From the NCBI GenBank assembly GCA_964621475.1, contig CAZUNC010000001.1:1-61784 (forward strand): a stretch of DNA of 61,784 nucleotides. Reading direction: 5' to 3'. The position numbers and the translations under genes were made by a program. The DNA is from an uncultured Defluviitaleaceae bacterium (GTDB lineage Bacteria; Bacillota; Clostridia; Lachnospirales; WQUN01). The first letter of the stretch is position 1. Every line of letters starts with the position of its first letter. The notes beneath the pieces are model-generated. The model was given only the letters and a program-made list of their open reading frames with translations, was not told the DNA's origin and made no database searches. Below, piece by piece: positions 45,773 to 55,019 of this stretch.

Positions 45773-47589
45773 TGAAAAGGTTAAAGGAACAAATTGAGCC
45801 GATGTGGATGGTCACGAAACGTTTTCATCTGCTTCAAAAGCCATATATTCCTGTGATGATCATAACAAAGCTGTTGTACGGTCTGATACCGTTTATCAAT
45901 ATCGTGATGTCGGCCAAGATCATCGATAAGCTATCCGACGCTGCCAAGGTGAGTGAGCTTGCGTTGCTCGCGGGCATAACAGTCGGAGCGAATGTGTTGT
46001 TGAACCTCTGTGCGAATGGCATGGAACAAGTGAGGCAGATGCATGTATACACATTGTCAAGGATGTACAGGTTGCAGTTCATGTATAAGATGTCGGATAT
46101 CGACTACGAATATATTGAGGACCCCGAAACCCATAATATGCTCTCTAGGATACAGAGCAGCTTGAATATGGGCTGGTGGGACATCACAAGCGTGCTTGAG
46201 CAGATCATAGGCAGCTTGATCGGGCTATTTCTGTCGGGGGTATTGTCATATAGGCTTTTTATCACAGGGATTGATAATTCTTACGGTTTGTTGATCGGAT
46301 TTGTAATTGCTGTAGCGCTCTGTATGTGGCTCATAACCTTTGCCGATAAGGGATTTCTGAATAGGATATACAAGGTGCTGGATGGCTTCAGCGGGCGTGA
46401 GCGGGCGTTCAATCATATGAGTGAACTTGTGGGTAATTATAAGAACGGCAAGGATATACGCATTTATAACGCAAAGGAACTGATAAGTGATGCGTCAGAA
46501 CGCATGTGGAGGGAAGGGGGGTTTGCAAGCTTTAAAAGCTTGAGCAGGCTGGATGGTATGATGAAGGGAATAAAGGGTGGGATCACGGCGCTGATGGGCG
46601 GTCTAATATATATCTTCGTTGCAATAAGAGCGGTGACCGGGTATCTGAGTGTAGGCTCGATCGTTAGATATGCGGGTGGTGTAAACCAATTCATCAATCA
46701 TTTCTCGGGTCTTGTAAATGCGTTAAATACCTATAGCCTCAACTGTGAGCGTATGAGGATCGCTTATGACTTTCTAAACCTGCCGAACAAGAAATATCGC
46801 GGCTCTTTACCGGTCGAGAAGCGTAAGGATCATGAGTATATCATCGAGTTTCATCATGTATCGTTTAAGTATCCGGGCAGTGAGGTGTATGTGCTCAAGG
46901 ATCTGTGCCTGAGGCTACGCATCGGTCAGCGTATGGCCGTCGTAGGTCAGAATGGCAGCGGCAAGACTACAATGATTAAACTGCTGTGCCGCCTTTATGA
47001 CCCTACGGAGGGAATGATTACATTGAACGGCATAGACATAAGGAAATATAGTTATGAGGAGTACCTTGGATTGTTTAGCGTTGTGTTTCAAGATTTCAGG
47101 CTGTACGCATTTCCGATGTCCGAGAACATCGCGGCCTCGGTCATGTATGACCAACAACGAATGCAGGATGTGATCGAGCGATCGGGACTGTCAAAGCGCG
47201 TGAGCCAAATGCCGCAGGGCGCAGACACATATTTGTATACGCAATATTCAAAAGATGGTGTAGAGATATCAGGTGGCGAGGCACAAAAAATAGCCCTTGC
47301 ACGTGCTCTGTACAAGGACTCTCATTTTGTGATCTTTGACGAACCGACAGCTGCGCTCGATCCGATAGCGGAGTTTGAAGTCTATTCACGTTTTAATGAT
47401 ATCGTAGGTAAAAAGACGGCTGTATATATATCGCATCGATTGAGTAGCTGCCGTTTCTGCGATGATATCGCGGTGTTTCATGAGGGCAGGCTTATTCAGC
47501 GCGGCAACCACAATGATCTGATAGCCGATATCGGTGGTAAATATAAAGAACTCTGGGATGCACAGGCACAATATTATACAGCGGGATAA
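45772..47589 (+). CDS. ABC exporter half-transporter (pair 2, subunit B)
   Basis: GQNGSGKTT, ISGGEAQK, FVIFDEPTAALD, ISHR. ATG 45772 overlaps the upstream TGA (TGATG), behind GGGGGAGG. Paralog of 23617-25497, with shared C-terminal ELW.AQAQYY. Confidence 0.85.
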   Translation: MKRLKEQIEPMWMVTKRFHLLQKPYIPVMIITKLLYGLIPFINIVMSAKIIDKLSDAAKVSELALLAGITVGANVLLNLCANGMEQVRQMHVYTLSRMYRLQFMYKMSDIDYEYIEDPETHNMLSRIQSSLNMGWWDITSVLEQIIGSLIGLFLSGVLSYRLFITGIDNSYGLLIGFVIAVALCMWLITFADKGFLNRIYKVLDGFSGRERAFNHMSELVGNYKNGKDIRIYNAKELISDASERMWREGGFASFKSLSRLDGMMKGIKGGITALMGGLIYIFVAIRAVTGYLSVGSIVRYAGGVNQFINHFSGLVNALNTYSLNCERMRIAYDFLNLPNKKYRGSLPVEKRKDHEYIIEFHHVSFKYPGSEVYVLKDLCLRLRIGQRMAVVGQNGSGKTTMIKLLCRLYDPTEGMITLNGIDIRKYSYEEYLGLFSVVFQDFRLYAFPMSENIAASVMYDQQRMQDVIERSGLSKRVSQMPQGADTYLYTQYSKDGVEISGGEAQKIALARALYKDSHFVIFDEPTAALDPIAEFEVYSRFNDIVGKKTAVYISHRLSSCRFCDDIAVFHEGRLIQRGNHNDLIADIGGKYKELWDAQAQYYTAG

Positions 47590-47630
47590 TAAAAACAATA
47601 CAACTATATATTAACCAAAAAATGCTCCTA

Positions 47631-47664
47631 TAACGGCGGCATCGCGGTGAGCGAACCGCCGTTA
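47631..47664. terminator. Hairpin between the convergent ABC exporter and PBP genes (probable terminator)
   Basis: 9-bp GC-rich stem TAACGGCGG / CCGCCGTTA with a 16-nt loop. On the minus strand a TTTTTT run follows 10 nt later. Confidence 0.5.
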
Positions 47665-47701
47665 AGGAAAGAATTGGGGGAAACCATAAATAAATCCGTT
47701 G

Positions 47702-50092
47702 TTACTTAATCTTAAGCTTTACAGTTGTGTTCGGGGGAATCATGACACCTGCGGATGGCATCTGAGCATAGACGACACTCTGATCCTCGATGTATGTGAC
47801 GGTAATATCCGAGGAAGAGGTTATCGAGGTTGTATCATCCAGTGCTTCCGTAGTTCCTGTATCAGTTGTAGTTGATGTACCAGATGCACCGACGTTTCCG
47901 GTCACGGGTTCGCCTACATCATCCGCAGGGACATATGCGTCATATACAGGCACTGCCATAAAGCCTAACGCATTTACCGCCTCTATTGCTTGTACACCGC
48001 TCATACCGACGATATCAGGAACAGCTACAAGGGTTTCTTGCTGACCGTCCTCGCAGCGTACATACAGGAATATCTTTGACCCTGGTGTAATCTGTGCACC
48101 TGCGGCAGGGTGATGTCTATCGACGATGTTTCCGCTGCCGACTATCTCGTAATCAAGGCCGCTCTGGTTGAGTGACTTAGTGACATCCACAAGCTGTCCG
48201 CCTGTCAGATCCTGCATGGTTACTACATCGTTCTCGCCGGGTAGCTTGTTAGATGAGCCACTGGAAGGCGGGATATTTTTATATTTAATGATGCTCTCCA
48301 TTACCTCTTTAAGTAACGGAGCGGCAGTCGTGGAGCCCTGTAAGCCTACTATTTCCTTAGGCGGTTTATGTATCAATGCAAGTGCTAAATACTGTGGATC
48401 CTCAACAGGCAGGTAAGCTATGAACGAAACCGTTACGTCGTCGCGGTTGCTGCCCTGCTGTGCGGTACCGGTCTTGCCGCCGATGTTATATCCTTCTATA
48501 TAAGCCTTTTTGCCTGTACCGGACGGTGTAACCACCGCGTTTAACATTACGCGTATGATGTCTGATGTCTGGGAAGATATAGGCTTACGAACAACAGTAG
48601 GCTGTTGGTTATGTACTACGTTTCCTTCGCTGTCAATGACCTGTGAGACTACATATGGCTTCATCAGGTTGCCGCCGTTTATAAGAGCAGAAAACGCCGT
48701 CATTGCCTGTATCGCTGTGCAGTTAAAGCCCTGGCCAAACGAACTCGTCGCGAGCTCAACGGGATTTAGGTCCGCGAGTGCGTACATAACAGATCGCGCT
48801 GAGACGGGTGCCTCACCCGGAACATCTATACCGGTCTCTTCACCGAAACCAAAATCGTTTCGGTATTTGAAAAACATATCGCGACCCATTCTCTCGTTTA
48901 TCTGTATCATTGCCATGTTGCAGGAATTCGCTAGAGACTGTTCCAATGTTTGGGAACCATGTATGTCTCCATATTCCTTTATCCAGCATGGCAGATATGT
49001 ATCCAACACCCATGTGTCACCGGCACAGTGAAACGTGTCTTCGGTGGTAATTATATCCTCTTCAATCGCGGCTGCAGCTACGACAGGCTTAAATATCGAG
49101 CCGGGCTCAAAGCTACTTGAAACATGGAAATTACTCCATGTTTTGTACAGGTAATTTGTCTGTTCGTCTTCGCTGAGCATGTCCCAATACTCTTTTACTT
49201 TTTCGTCTGTAAAATAGTCGGGATCGCCCGGTGCGCTGAGAGAGAACGAAGGGTACTGCGCCATCGCGAGCACCTCGCCCGTATTTGGATTCATTATCAT
49301 GACTGCGGCGTATTCCGGTGTATATTGATTGCCAGCCTTGATGACGGCTTCCTGGGCAAACTCCTGTAGGTAGCTATCTATAGTAGTTACGAGTGTTGCA
49401 CCTTGTCTTGCGGGGATTTCCTCGACTATCGGGGTATTGTCCGGAGCGTATGTCCAAAACATCCGTCCTATTTCGCCCGCTAATTGCTTGTTGTAGTAAT
49501 TTTCGAGCCCCCAGCTGCTGTCACCTCGGATAAAACCTAATGTCTGAGGCGCAAATGCGCTCTTAATGTACCGTCTCTTTGTATCGGGGAACGTATGCAC
49601 ACCGTTTAGGTTCGCGTCTCGAAGCTGGGTTTTTACGCGTGGTGTGACATCCCTTTTCAATATATACCAGTTGGTATCGTTTACAAGCTTGCCTGTTTCA
49701 TCCTTTGCTAAGCATGCGTTTAGTTCCTCTATAGGTATCTCCAGTATTTCAGAGAGTTTATTCAATGTTTTTTCTAAGGTTCCCCTTGGAGTAGGGCGTG
49801 CGGCATCTGTTACGGCTATGTCGTTTAAGACCCTTATATCCAATATGACCTTGTATACCGTATCGCTGACCACAAGCTGTTGCCTGTTGCGATCCAATAT
49901 CGCGCCTCTGTTCGGATTGATGACCTTATTAACAGAGGTTTGCGCAACAGTAGATTGGTTTCTTGCCATCCGCTGGTAGTCCTCGCCGTATACGATCTTG
50001 ATATATCCGACGATCCCCAAAAGTCCCACGAGCAGAAAGCAACATATAACGCCCAAGATGGCAATCTTTGGGCCGACGACGGGCTTTTTCAT
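47702..50092 (-). CDS. Class B penicillin-binding protein (FtsI/PBP2B/SpoVD-like) with C-terminal PASTA domains
   Basis: 796 aa. N-terminal TM. Transpeptidase motifs SIFK (SxxK), SCN (SxN), KTGT (KTG). Two PASTA-like repeats, the second interrupted by a Thr/Ser-rich insert. Confidence 0.85.
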   Translation of the reverse strand: MKKPVVGPKIAILGVICCFLLVGLLGIVGYIKIVYGEDYQRMARNQSTVAQTSVNKVINPNRGAILDRNRQQLVVSDTVYKVILDIRVLNDIAVTDAARPTPRGTLEKTLNKLSEILEIPIEELNACLAKDETGKLVNDTNWYILKRDVTPRVKTQLRDANLNGVHTFPDTKRRYIKSAFAPQTLGFIRGDSSWGLENYYNKQLAGEIGRMFWTYAPDNTPIVEEIPARQGATLVTTIDSYLQEFAQEAVIKAGNQYTPEYAAVMIMNPNTGEVLAMAQYPSFSLSAPGDPDYFTDEKVKEYWDMLSEDEQTNYLYKTWSNFHVSSSFEPGSIFKPVVAAAAIEEDIITTEDTFHCAGDTWVLDTYLPCWIKEYGDIHGSQTLEQSLANSCNMAMIQINERMGRDMFFKYRNDFGFGEETGIDVPGEAPVSARSVMYALADLNPVELATSSFGQGFNCTAIQAMTAFSALINGGNLMKPYVVSQVIDSEGNVVHNQQPTVVRKPISSQTSDIIRVMLNAVVTPSGTGKKAYIEGYNIGGKTGTAQQGSNRDDVTVSFIAYLPVEDPQYLALALIHKPPKEIVGLQGSTTAAPLLKEVMESIIKYKNIPPSSGSSNKLPGENDVVTMQDLTGGQLVDVTKSLNQSGLDYEIVGSGNIVDRHHPAAGAQITPGSKIFLYVRCEDGQQETLVAVPDIVGMSGVQAIEAVNALGFMAVPVYDAYVPADDVGEPVTGNVGASGTSTTTDTGTTEALDDTTSITSSSDITVTYIEDQSVVYAQMPSAGVMIPPNTTVKLKIK

Positions 50093-50634
50093 GCCGTATC
50101 ACCTATAATCCTATGTACAAGATCCTTAAAGAACTCGACCGATAACCTAAACTCCGGTGCCTCCTCTATGGCATCCCTTTGGCTTACCACATAACTGCCC
50201 TTGTCGACCGATATATGCTTCACCTGATACGGCTTAGGTTTAGACATGCCAAGATCTGTTTTAGCTATTTGCTCTATTTCATCGAGGTTGATTGTTAATG
50301 TGATTTCTTCCTCGAGCTCCGACACCAACGCCTGACGAGCTTTTAACTCCTCGTTGAGGCTTGCAACATAACGCGAGCCGTCTTTTGCTAACACATGTGT
50401 AAAGGTTACGCAGATGAGCCCCAGAAAAAGTATCACGACAGTCATGACCTGCATGAACGACAGCTTGTGCTGCTTGTTGTCCGCATAGATGTACACGGGT
50501 TTTATATTTATACGCTTAGGTTTTTTACGCTTGCGCCTGACCGGTACATACTCTGGTTCCGGTAATGCGTATGCTACGGAAACATTGGCGTGTTGAATAT
50601 GTTTTTGTCTTAGAGGTCTTGCATATCGTGCCAT
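50089..50634 (-). CDS. ftsL: Cell-division protein FtsL-like (bitopic, coiled coil)
   Basis: 181 aa. Basic N-terminus, a single TM (VMTVVILFLGLICVTF), then a coiled-coil stretch. Conserved position between rsmH and the PBP gene. Confidence 0.65.
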   Translation of the reverse strand: MARYARPLRQKHIQHANVSVAYALPEPEYVPVRRKRKKPKRINIKPVYIYADNKQHKLSFMQVMTVVILFLGLICVTFTHVLAKDGSRYVASLNEELKARQALVSELEEEITLTINLDEIEQIAKTDLGMSKPKPYQVKHISVDKGSYVVSQRDAIEEAPEFRLSVEFFKDLVHRIIGDTA

Positions 50635-50657
50635 ACGTGTATCCTTTCACATGCATC

Positions 50658-51599
50658 TTAAATCTTTTGGCCGATACGTAGCTTTGCGCTTTGACTGCGG
50701 CTGTTTCCATCGAGTTCTTCTTGCGTGGGTAGCGTGGGTTTACGTGTTATTATCTGGAGCTTCGGAACCTTTTTACATACACATATAGGAAAACTCGGTG
50801 GGCATGTACAAGGTTTAGCGGCTCTTAGAAAGCTTTCTTTGATGATCCGATCCTCGAGCGAGTGGAACGTAATGACGCAGATGCGTCCGCCGAGTTTCAA
50901 TCGGTCGATCATGGTATCTACTGCCTTTTCGAGTATCGAGAGTTCATCGTTTACAGCTATACGTATCGCTTGAAAGCAACGCTTTGACGGATGCTTGGTT
51001 GCGTGTCGTGCTGCGGGCGGTAAAGCGGCTTCGATGATGCCACGTAACTCAACCGTGGTCCTTATCGGTGTGATTGCTCGATTTCTGATGATCGCTTTTG
51101 CAATCTGCCGTGAAAAGCGTTCCTCGCCGTATTTAAAAAAAATATCGGCAAGTTCTTTGTCCGAATAACCGTTTACGATATCGTATGCGGTTATTTTTTG
51201 TGTCGAATCCATACGCATATCGAGAGCAGCATCCGTGATATATGAAAACCCGCGTTCGGGCGAGTCCAGTTGATGTGAGGAAACGCCGAGGTCGAGCAGA
51301 AAGCCGTCTATCTGTGCTTCATATAATCCGAGATTGTCGAGTATATCATTGATGTTTGAGAAATTGTTTTTTACTATCGTGATATGTTCACTGTATTTAC
51401 CCAGCACAGCTTGTCCGTTTTGTATGGCTTCGTCATCGCGGTCAATCGCTATGAGCCTACCTGAACCGAGCTTCTCGGCTATCAAGCTGCTATGTCCGGC
51501 TCCACCCATCGTACAGTCGACATATATGCCGTCGGGCTTAATGTTTAGGCCGTTTATACATTCGTTAGGCATTACGGGTTCGTGGTGCAAATAACGCAT
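50658..51599 (-). CDS. rsmH: 16S rRNA (cytosine1402-N4)-methyltransferase
   Basis: HEPVM, DCTMGGAGHS, DLGVSSHQLD, ITFHSLEDR. Confidence 0.95.
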   Translation of the reverse strand: MRYLHHEPVMPNECINGLNIKPDGIYVDCTMGGAGHSSLIAEKLGSGRLIAIDRDDEAIQNGQAVLGKYSEHITIVKNNFSNINDILDNLGLYEAQIDGFLLDLGVSSHQLDSPERGFSYITDAALDMRMDSTQKITAYDIVNGYSDKELADIFFKYGEERFSRQIAKAIIRNRAITPIRTTVELRGIIEAALPPAARHATKHPSKRCFQAIRIAVNDELSILEKAVDTMIDRLKLGGRICVITFHSLEDRIIKESFLRAAKPCTCPPSFPICVCKKVPKLQIITRKPTLPTQEELDGNSRSQSAKLRIGQKI

Positions 51600-52033
51600 T
51601 AAATACCTCCGAGCAACTGCATCTTTTCCGCTGTGGAGTTGTCTATCTGGATATTACTGATATCGTAACTGTCCCAGACCTCCTTGCCCCAGACCTCGAT
51701 GCGATCGGTCAGGCCCACGGATATGACATCCTTTACTAGGCTTGCATGCTCGCGTAGGTTAGCGGGTACGAGGAAGCGGCCTTGATTATCAGGCTCGCAT
51801 TCTGCGGCACCACCTATGAAGTAGCGCATGAATTTTCGTACATCCGCGTCGGTCATGGGCATTTGGGAAACCTTTTGCTCTATGCTCTCCCATTTTTCCA
51901 AAGTGTATACGAGAATGCATTTGTCCAGCCCGCGGGTCATGATAAAGCGTTCCCCGAGCTCATCGCGGAACTTGGAGGGCATAATCAGCCTAAACTTCGT
52001 ATCCATGCTGTGCGAAACCTGCCCGCGAAACAC
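51599..52033 (-). CDS. mraZ: Transcriptional regulator MraZ
   Basis: Two DxxxR-type repeats (MDTKFRLIMPSKFRDEL and DNQGRFLVPANLREH). I place the start at GTG 52033 (FRGQVSHSMD..., AGGAAG 8 nt upstream), giving about 144 aa. The track start 52114 would put operator-like repeats inside the CDS. Confidence 0.85.
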   Translation of the reverse strand: MFRGQVSHSMDTKFRLIMPSKFRDELGERFIMTRGLDKCILVYTLEKWESIEQKVSQMPMTDADVRKFMRYFIGGAAECEPDNQGRFLVPANLREHASLVKDVISVGLTDRIEVWGKEVWDSYDISNIQIDNSTAEKMQLLGGI

Positions 52034-52083
52034 ATCGCTCACTTCCTGTTGGGTAGTGGATAAAGATTTTAGAGGTGATTCTT

Positions 52084-52122
52084 TCCACAATACACTACTC
52101 ATCACCACTTTCAACCATTATA
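52084..52122 (-). promoter_or_regulatory. dcw promoter -10 element plus MraZ-box-like pentamer repeats
   Basis: Minus strand: TATAAT (52122-52117), then GTGGT (52108-52104), GTAGT (52098-52094), GTGGA (52088-52084), with exact 10-bp periodicity and 5-nt spacers. Confidence 0.55.
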
Positions 52123-52169
52123 CATGGAATAGTTCAAGTGTATATACGGAACTTTCGTTCGTGTTAGGG

Positions 52170-52208
52170 CTCAAAAACAAGAAAACCACGGAGAAAATCC
52201 GTGGTTTT
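52170..52208 (-). terminator. Rho-independent terminator downstream of sleC
   Basis: 11-bp stem AAAACCACGGA / TCCGTGGTTTT with a 5-nt loop and T-rich tracts on both sides. Confidence 0.75.
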
Positions 52209-52227
52209 TGTTTTTTATCCTCGACCC

Positions 52228-53460
52228 TTAAACAAGCTCGGCGATCTTTGTGACCGCCACGTATATCTCCGAAATCTTATACCATGTCGCGAAGTCTACA
52301 ATGCCTGACGTAGGTAGCTTAAATATGCCCTGGAAGGTCTCGACGGCCAATAGGGTTTCATTCCCGTAAACGCCGTCGACCTTTACCTTTTTAATAGCGG
52401 GATAGTTGTTTGATATCGTATTAAGCTGCTGTTGTATCGTTCGTACATCCTGACCTGTAGAGCCTACCTGTAGCGGTGTGCCTGGATATGACATCGGTAT
52501 CCCCGCAACCTTTTCTGCCTGTGAGAGATAAACATCGGGACCGTAGTAGTTCTTAAGTATCGCTACAGAGTCAAGACCTTGGTCTCCGAGGTTCTTGCTG
52601 CCCCATTGCGACAGCCAGTTCGGGCAAGTGGAACGCTGGCCGTCGCAGTATTGCGTAAACAACGGCTGCTTTACATCGGGCTTAGCGATATATGTATTGA
52701 ATATGCTGTCCACAACCTCAGATATCTCTGTAAAAATATTGCGCCCATATGAAAAGGCTTGGTCATAAGCGGTATTATTTGTGATTGTGAAGTTCTTGCC
52801 CTTGTTTCTGTACCACTCGGTGTAAACGCGGTTTAACGTGAACGAGATGATCGCAAGGATGTTTGCTCTTAACGTGCTCTCGGGCCATGTAGCGTATATC
52901 TCACAGCATGCCACATTTTTTATATAGTCCTTGAACGGCACGTAATAATTCTTTGCTGAGTTATCGTCGGGTGAGCCGTTATGTACTACAATCGTTTCGG
53001 GTATTACGGGCTTGTCGAGTACCACGTATCCTGTTTCAGGGTTGATGGGTTTTACGGGATCCTCGGGTATCTTTGGCGGATATATGCCCCACAATGTGTG
53101 CTCCGGAATCAATATCTGCTCGGGCAGATTTGCCGGGGAATTTGTGCGTATAAGGTTGGCTTGCTGGTAACATAACGTACCGTCGAATATCTCTACGCCT
53201 TGCGCTGAATATGGCTCGTATCCCTCGGCTTGCACAACAACAGTATATTCAGCATAGGGTTTTGGTGCTTCGGGTTCCAGAGAGTATTCCATCGGCGGAC
53301 AGTCCAGATTGGCATATAACGTTTGTCCCGAATCATCTGTTATCAACTCCTCTACTTCCCTGTTGTCTACAGGGTCAAATATCATTACCTTCGCGTTTGG
53401 TAGCGGTCTTCCTATATCTCTATCATATGCACCTACCTGCATCCTCCCAAGATTTGCCAT
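52228..53460 (-). CDS. sleC: Spore cortex-lytic enzyme SleC-like (pre-pro region + catalytic domain + PG_binding_1)
   Basis: Long stretches match what I remember of clostridial SleC (YPPKIPE, EIYATWPESTLRANILAIISFTLNRVYTEWYRNKG, QYCDGQ, C-terminal TLQVGSTGQDVRTIQQQLN...WYKISEIYVAVTKIAEL). ATG 53460 is 5 nt after GGAGG. The track extension to 53529 covers the lspA promoter. Confidence 0.8.
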   Translation of the reverse strand: MANLGRMQVGAYDRDIGRPLPNAKVMIFDPVDNREVEELITDDSGQTLYANLDCPPMEYSLEPEAPKPYAEYTVVVQAEGYEPYSAQGVEIFDGTLCYQQANLIRTNSPANLPEQILIPEHTLWGIYPPKIPEDPVKPINPETGYVVLDKPVIPETIVVHNGSPDDNSAKNYYVPFKDYIKNVACCEIYATWPESTLRANILAIISFTLNRVYTEWYRNKGKNFTITNNTAYDQAFSYGRNIFTEISEVVDSIFNTYIAKPDVKQPLFTQYCDGQRSTCPNWLSQWGSKNLGDQGLDSVAILKNYYGPDVYLSQAEKVAGIPMSYPGTPLQVGSTGQDVRTIQQQLNTISNNYPAIKKVKVDGVYGNETLLAVETFQGIFKLPTSGIVDFATWYKISEIYVAVTKIAELV

Positions 53461-53520
53461 GCTAACCTCCATCTGCGGCGCAGTATTTGTTTCCTTATAT
53501 GTATGCGGTACCTGTGACAT

Positions 53521-53549
53521 TTGACACAATGCGTCTGCGTTGGTAATAT
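53521..53549 (+). promoter_or_regulatory. Sigma-A promoter of lspA-rluD-pyrB-pyrC
   Basis: TTGACA (53521-53526), 17-nt spacer, TAATAT (53544-53549). Confidence 0.65.
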
Positions 53550-53586
53550 GGTAAAAAATCTATGAATGTTTCGAGGGGCTGTGTAT

Positions 53587-54060
53587 ATGGTTTTTGGAAT
53601 CCTTTATGCTGTGATATTACTTGTAATAGATCGCCTGACAAAGTATTTTGCGACAGTGTATCTAAAACCGATTGGTTCGGTGCCTCTTATCAAAGGGGTC
53701 TTTGAACTGTCATATGTGGAAAACACCGGGGCCGCCTTTGGTATGTTTCAAGGTGCACGGTGGTTTTTTGTTGTGCTCACGGTTTTGATACTCGCGGCAC
53801 TGCCTTATATATATCGGCGCCTGCCGCAGACTAAATACAACAGGTTGATGCGTTTTTTGATGTTTCAAATAGCGGCGGGTGCTGTGGGTAATTTTATTGA
53901 TCGTCTGCTTAAAGGCTGTGTCGTGGATTTCTTTTACTTTTCTCTGATAGACTTTCCGGTGTTCAACATGGCCGATATATACCTCGTTACGGGCTCGATA
54001 TTGTTTGCGATCATCATGCTGTTTGACACGGAGACAACGAAGGAAGAAAAGAATTTATGA
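53587..54060 (+). CDS. lspA: Lipoprotein signal peptidase II
   Basis: DRLTK, NTGAAFG, NFIDR, VVDF, FNMAD motifs and four TM segments. ATG 53587 is 8 nt after GAGGGG. Confidence 0.9.
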   Translation: MVFGILYAVILLVIDRLTKYFATVYLKPIGSVPLIKGVFELSYVENTGAAFGMFQGARWFFVVLTVLILAALPYIYRRLPQTKYNRLMRFLMFQIAAGAVGNFIDRLLKGCVVDFFYFSLIDFPVFNMADIYLVTGSILFAIIMLFDTETTKEEKNL

Positions 54061-55019
54061 GGTGCGGTTTTACCTGTTCGCCGAATGAGGCGGGTACACG
54101 CGTGGATGCAGCTATTGCGGGATATCCCTTTCCGGAGGATATACATATCTCGCGTAGCATGGCTCAACAATTGATTGAAGCCGGTCAGATCACGGTCAAC
54201 GGTAACACCGTAAAGAGTAAATATGCTCTGAAGCTCGGGGATGTGGTTGAGATCGAAATGCCGGAGCTCGAGGAGCCTCAGATCCTAGCCGAGGATATAC
54301 CGCTCGATGTCTTATATGAGGACGAGCACATTATTGTGGTGAACAAACCACGTGGGATGGTTGTGCATCCAGCTGCCGGGCACTATACCGGAACGCTTGT
54401 AAATGCGCTGATGTTTCATTGTAGAGACAGCCTGTCGGGGATAAACGGGGTGTTGCGTCCGGGTATCGTACACCGCATAGACATGGATACCTCGGGTCTC
54501 ATCGTAGCCGCAAAGACTAACGAGGCGCACATATCGCTGTCTGAGCAATTTCAACGCCACAGTATCAACCGTGTATATCACGGCATAGCGTTTCATGTAA
54601 TAAAACAGGATGAGCTTGTTATAGACATGCCAATCGGACGGCATCCGAAGGATCGCAAGAAACACGCGGTATATCCGGCGTTTTCGGGAGTACGCGTAGC
54701 GGCGTTACCGGCGGGTGTTAAGGAAGCTTATACGACTGTGACCGTGCTGGAACGTATGCACAAGTTCACATATTTTAAGGCCAGGCTTCGTACCGGGCGC
54801 ACACATCAGATCAGGGTGCATATGGCATATAAGGGATATCCACTTTTGGGCGACATGGTATATGGACCGGTGAAACAGCCGTTTCAAGCAAATGGACAGA
54901 TATTACATGCGATGATATTGGGGTTTGAGCATCCCACGGATGGGCGGTATATGGAGTTTTGCGCAGAGCTGCCGGGGTATTTTACCGATGCGCTGGAAAG
55001 AGTTGGGGGACACGGATGA
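54057..55019 (+). CDS. rluD: RluA-family 23S rRNA pseudouridine synthase (RluD-like)
   Basis: N-terminal S4 domain. Catalytic HRIDMDTSG. GRTHQIRVH. ATGA overlap with lspA. Confidence 0.85.
   Translation: MRCGFTCSPNEAGTRVDAAIAGYPFPEDIHISRSMAQQLIEAGQITVNGNTVKSKYALKLGDVVEIEMPELEEPQILAEDIPLDVLYEDEHIIVVNKPRGMVVHPAAGHYTGTLVNALMFHCRDSLSGINGVLRPGIVHRIDMDTSGLIVAAKTNEAHISLSEQFQRHSINRVYHGIAFHVIKQDELVIDMPIGRHPKDRKKHAVYPAFSGVRVAALPAGVKEAYTTVTVLERMHKFTYFKARLRTGRTHQIRVHMAYKGYPLLGDMVYGPVKQPFQANGQILHAMILGFEHPTDGRYMEFCAELPGYFTDALERVGGHG

Noticed and set aside
48510-49031. 173-aa plus-strand ORF inside the PBP gene
   Set aside because: It is antisense to the transpeptidase domain carrying SxxK/SxN/KTG, with no SD.
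53461-53529. 5' extension of sleC (23 codons)
   Set aside because: ATG 53460 has a GGAGG SD, and the extension overlaps the strong divergent lspA promoter region.
54959-55015. 5' extension of pyrB (19 codons)
   Set aside because: It lies inside the rluD coding sequence. ATG 55016 gives the expected ATCase N-terminus and an ATGA overlap with the rluD stop.
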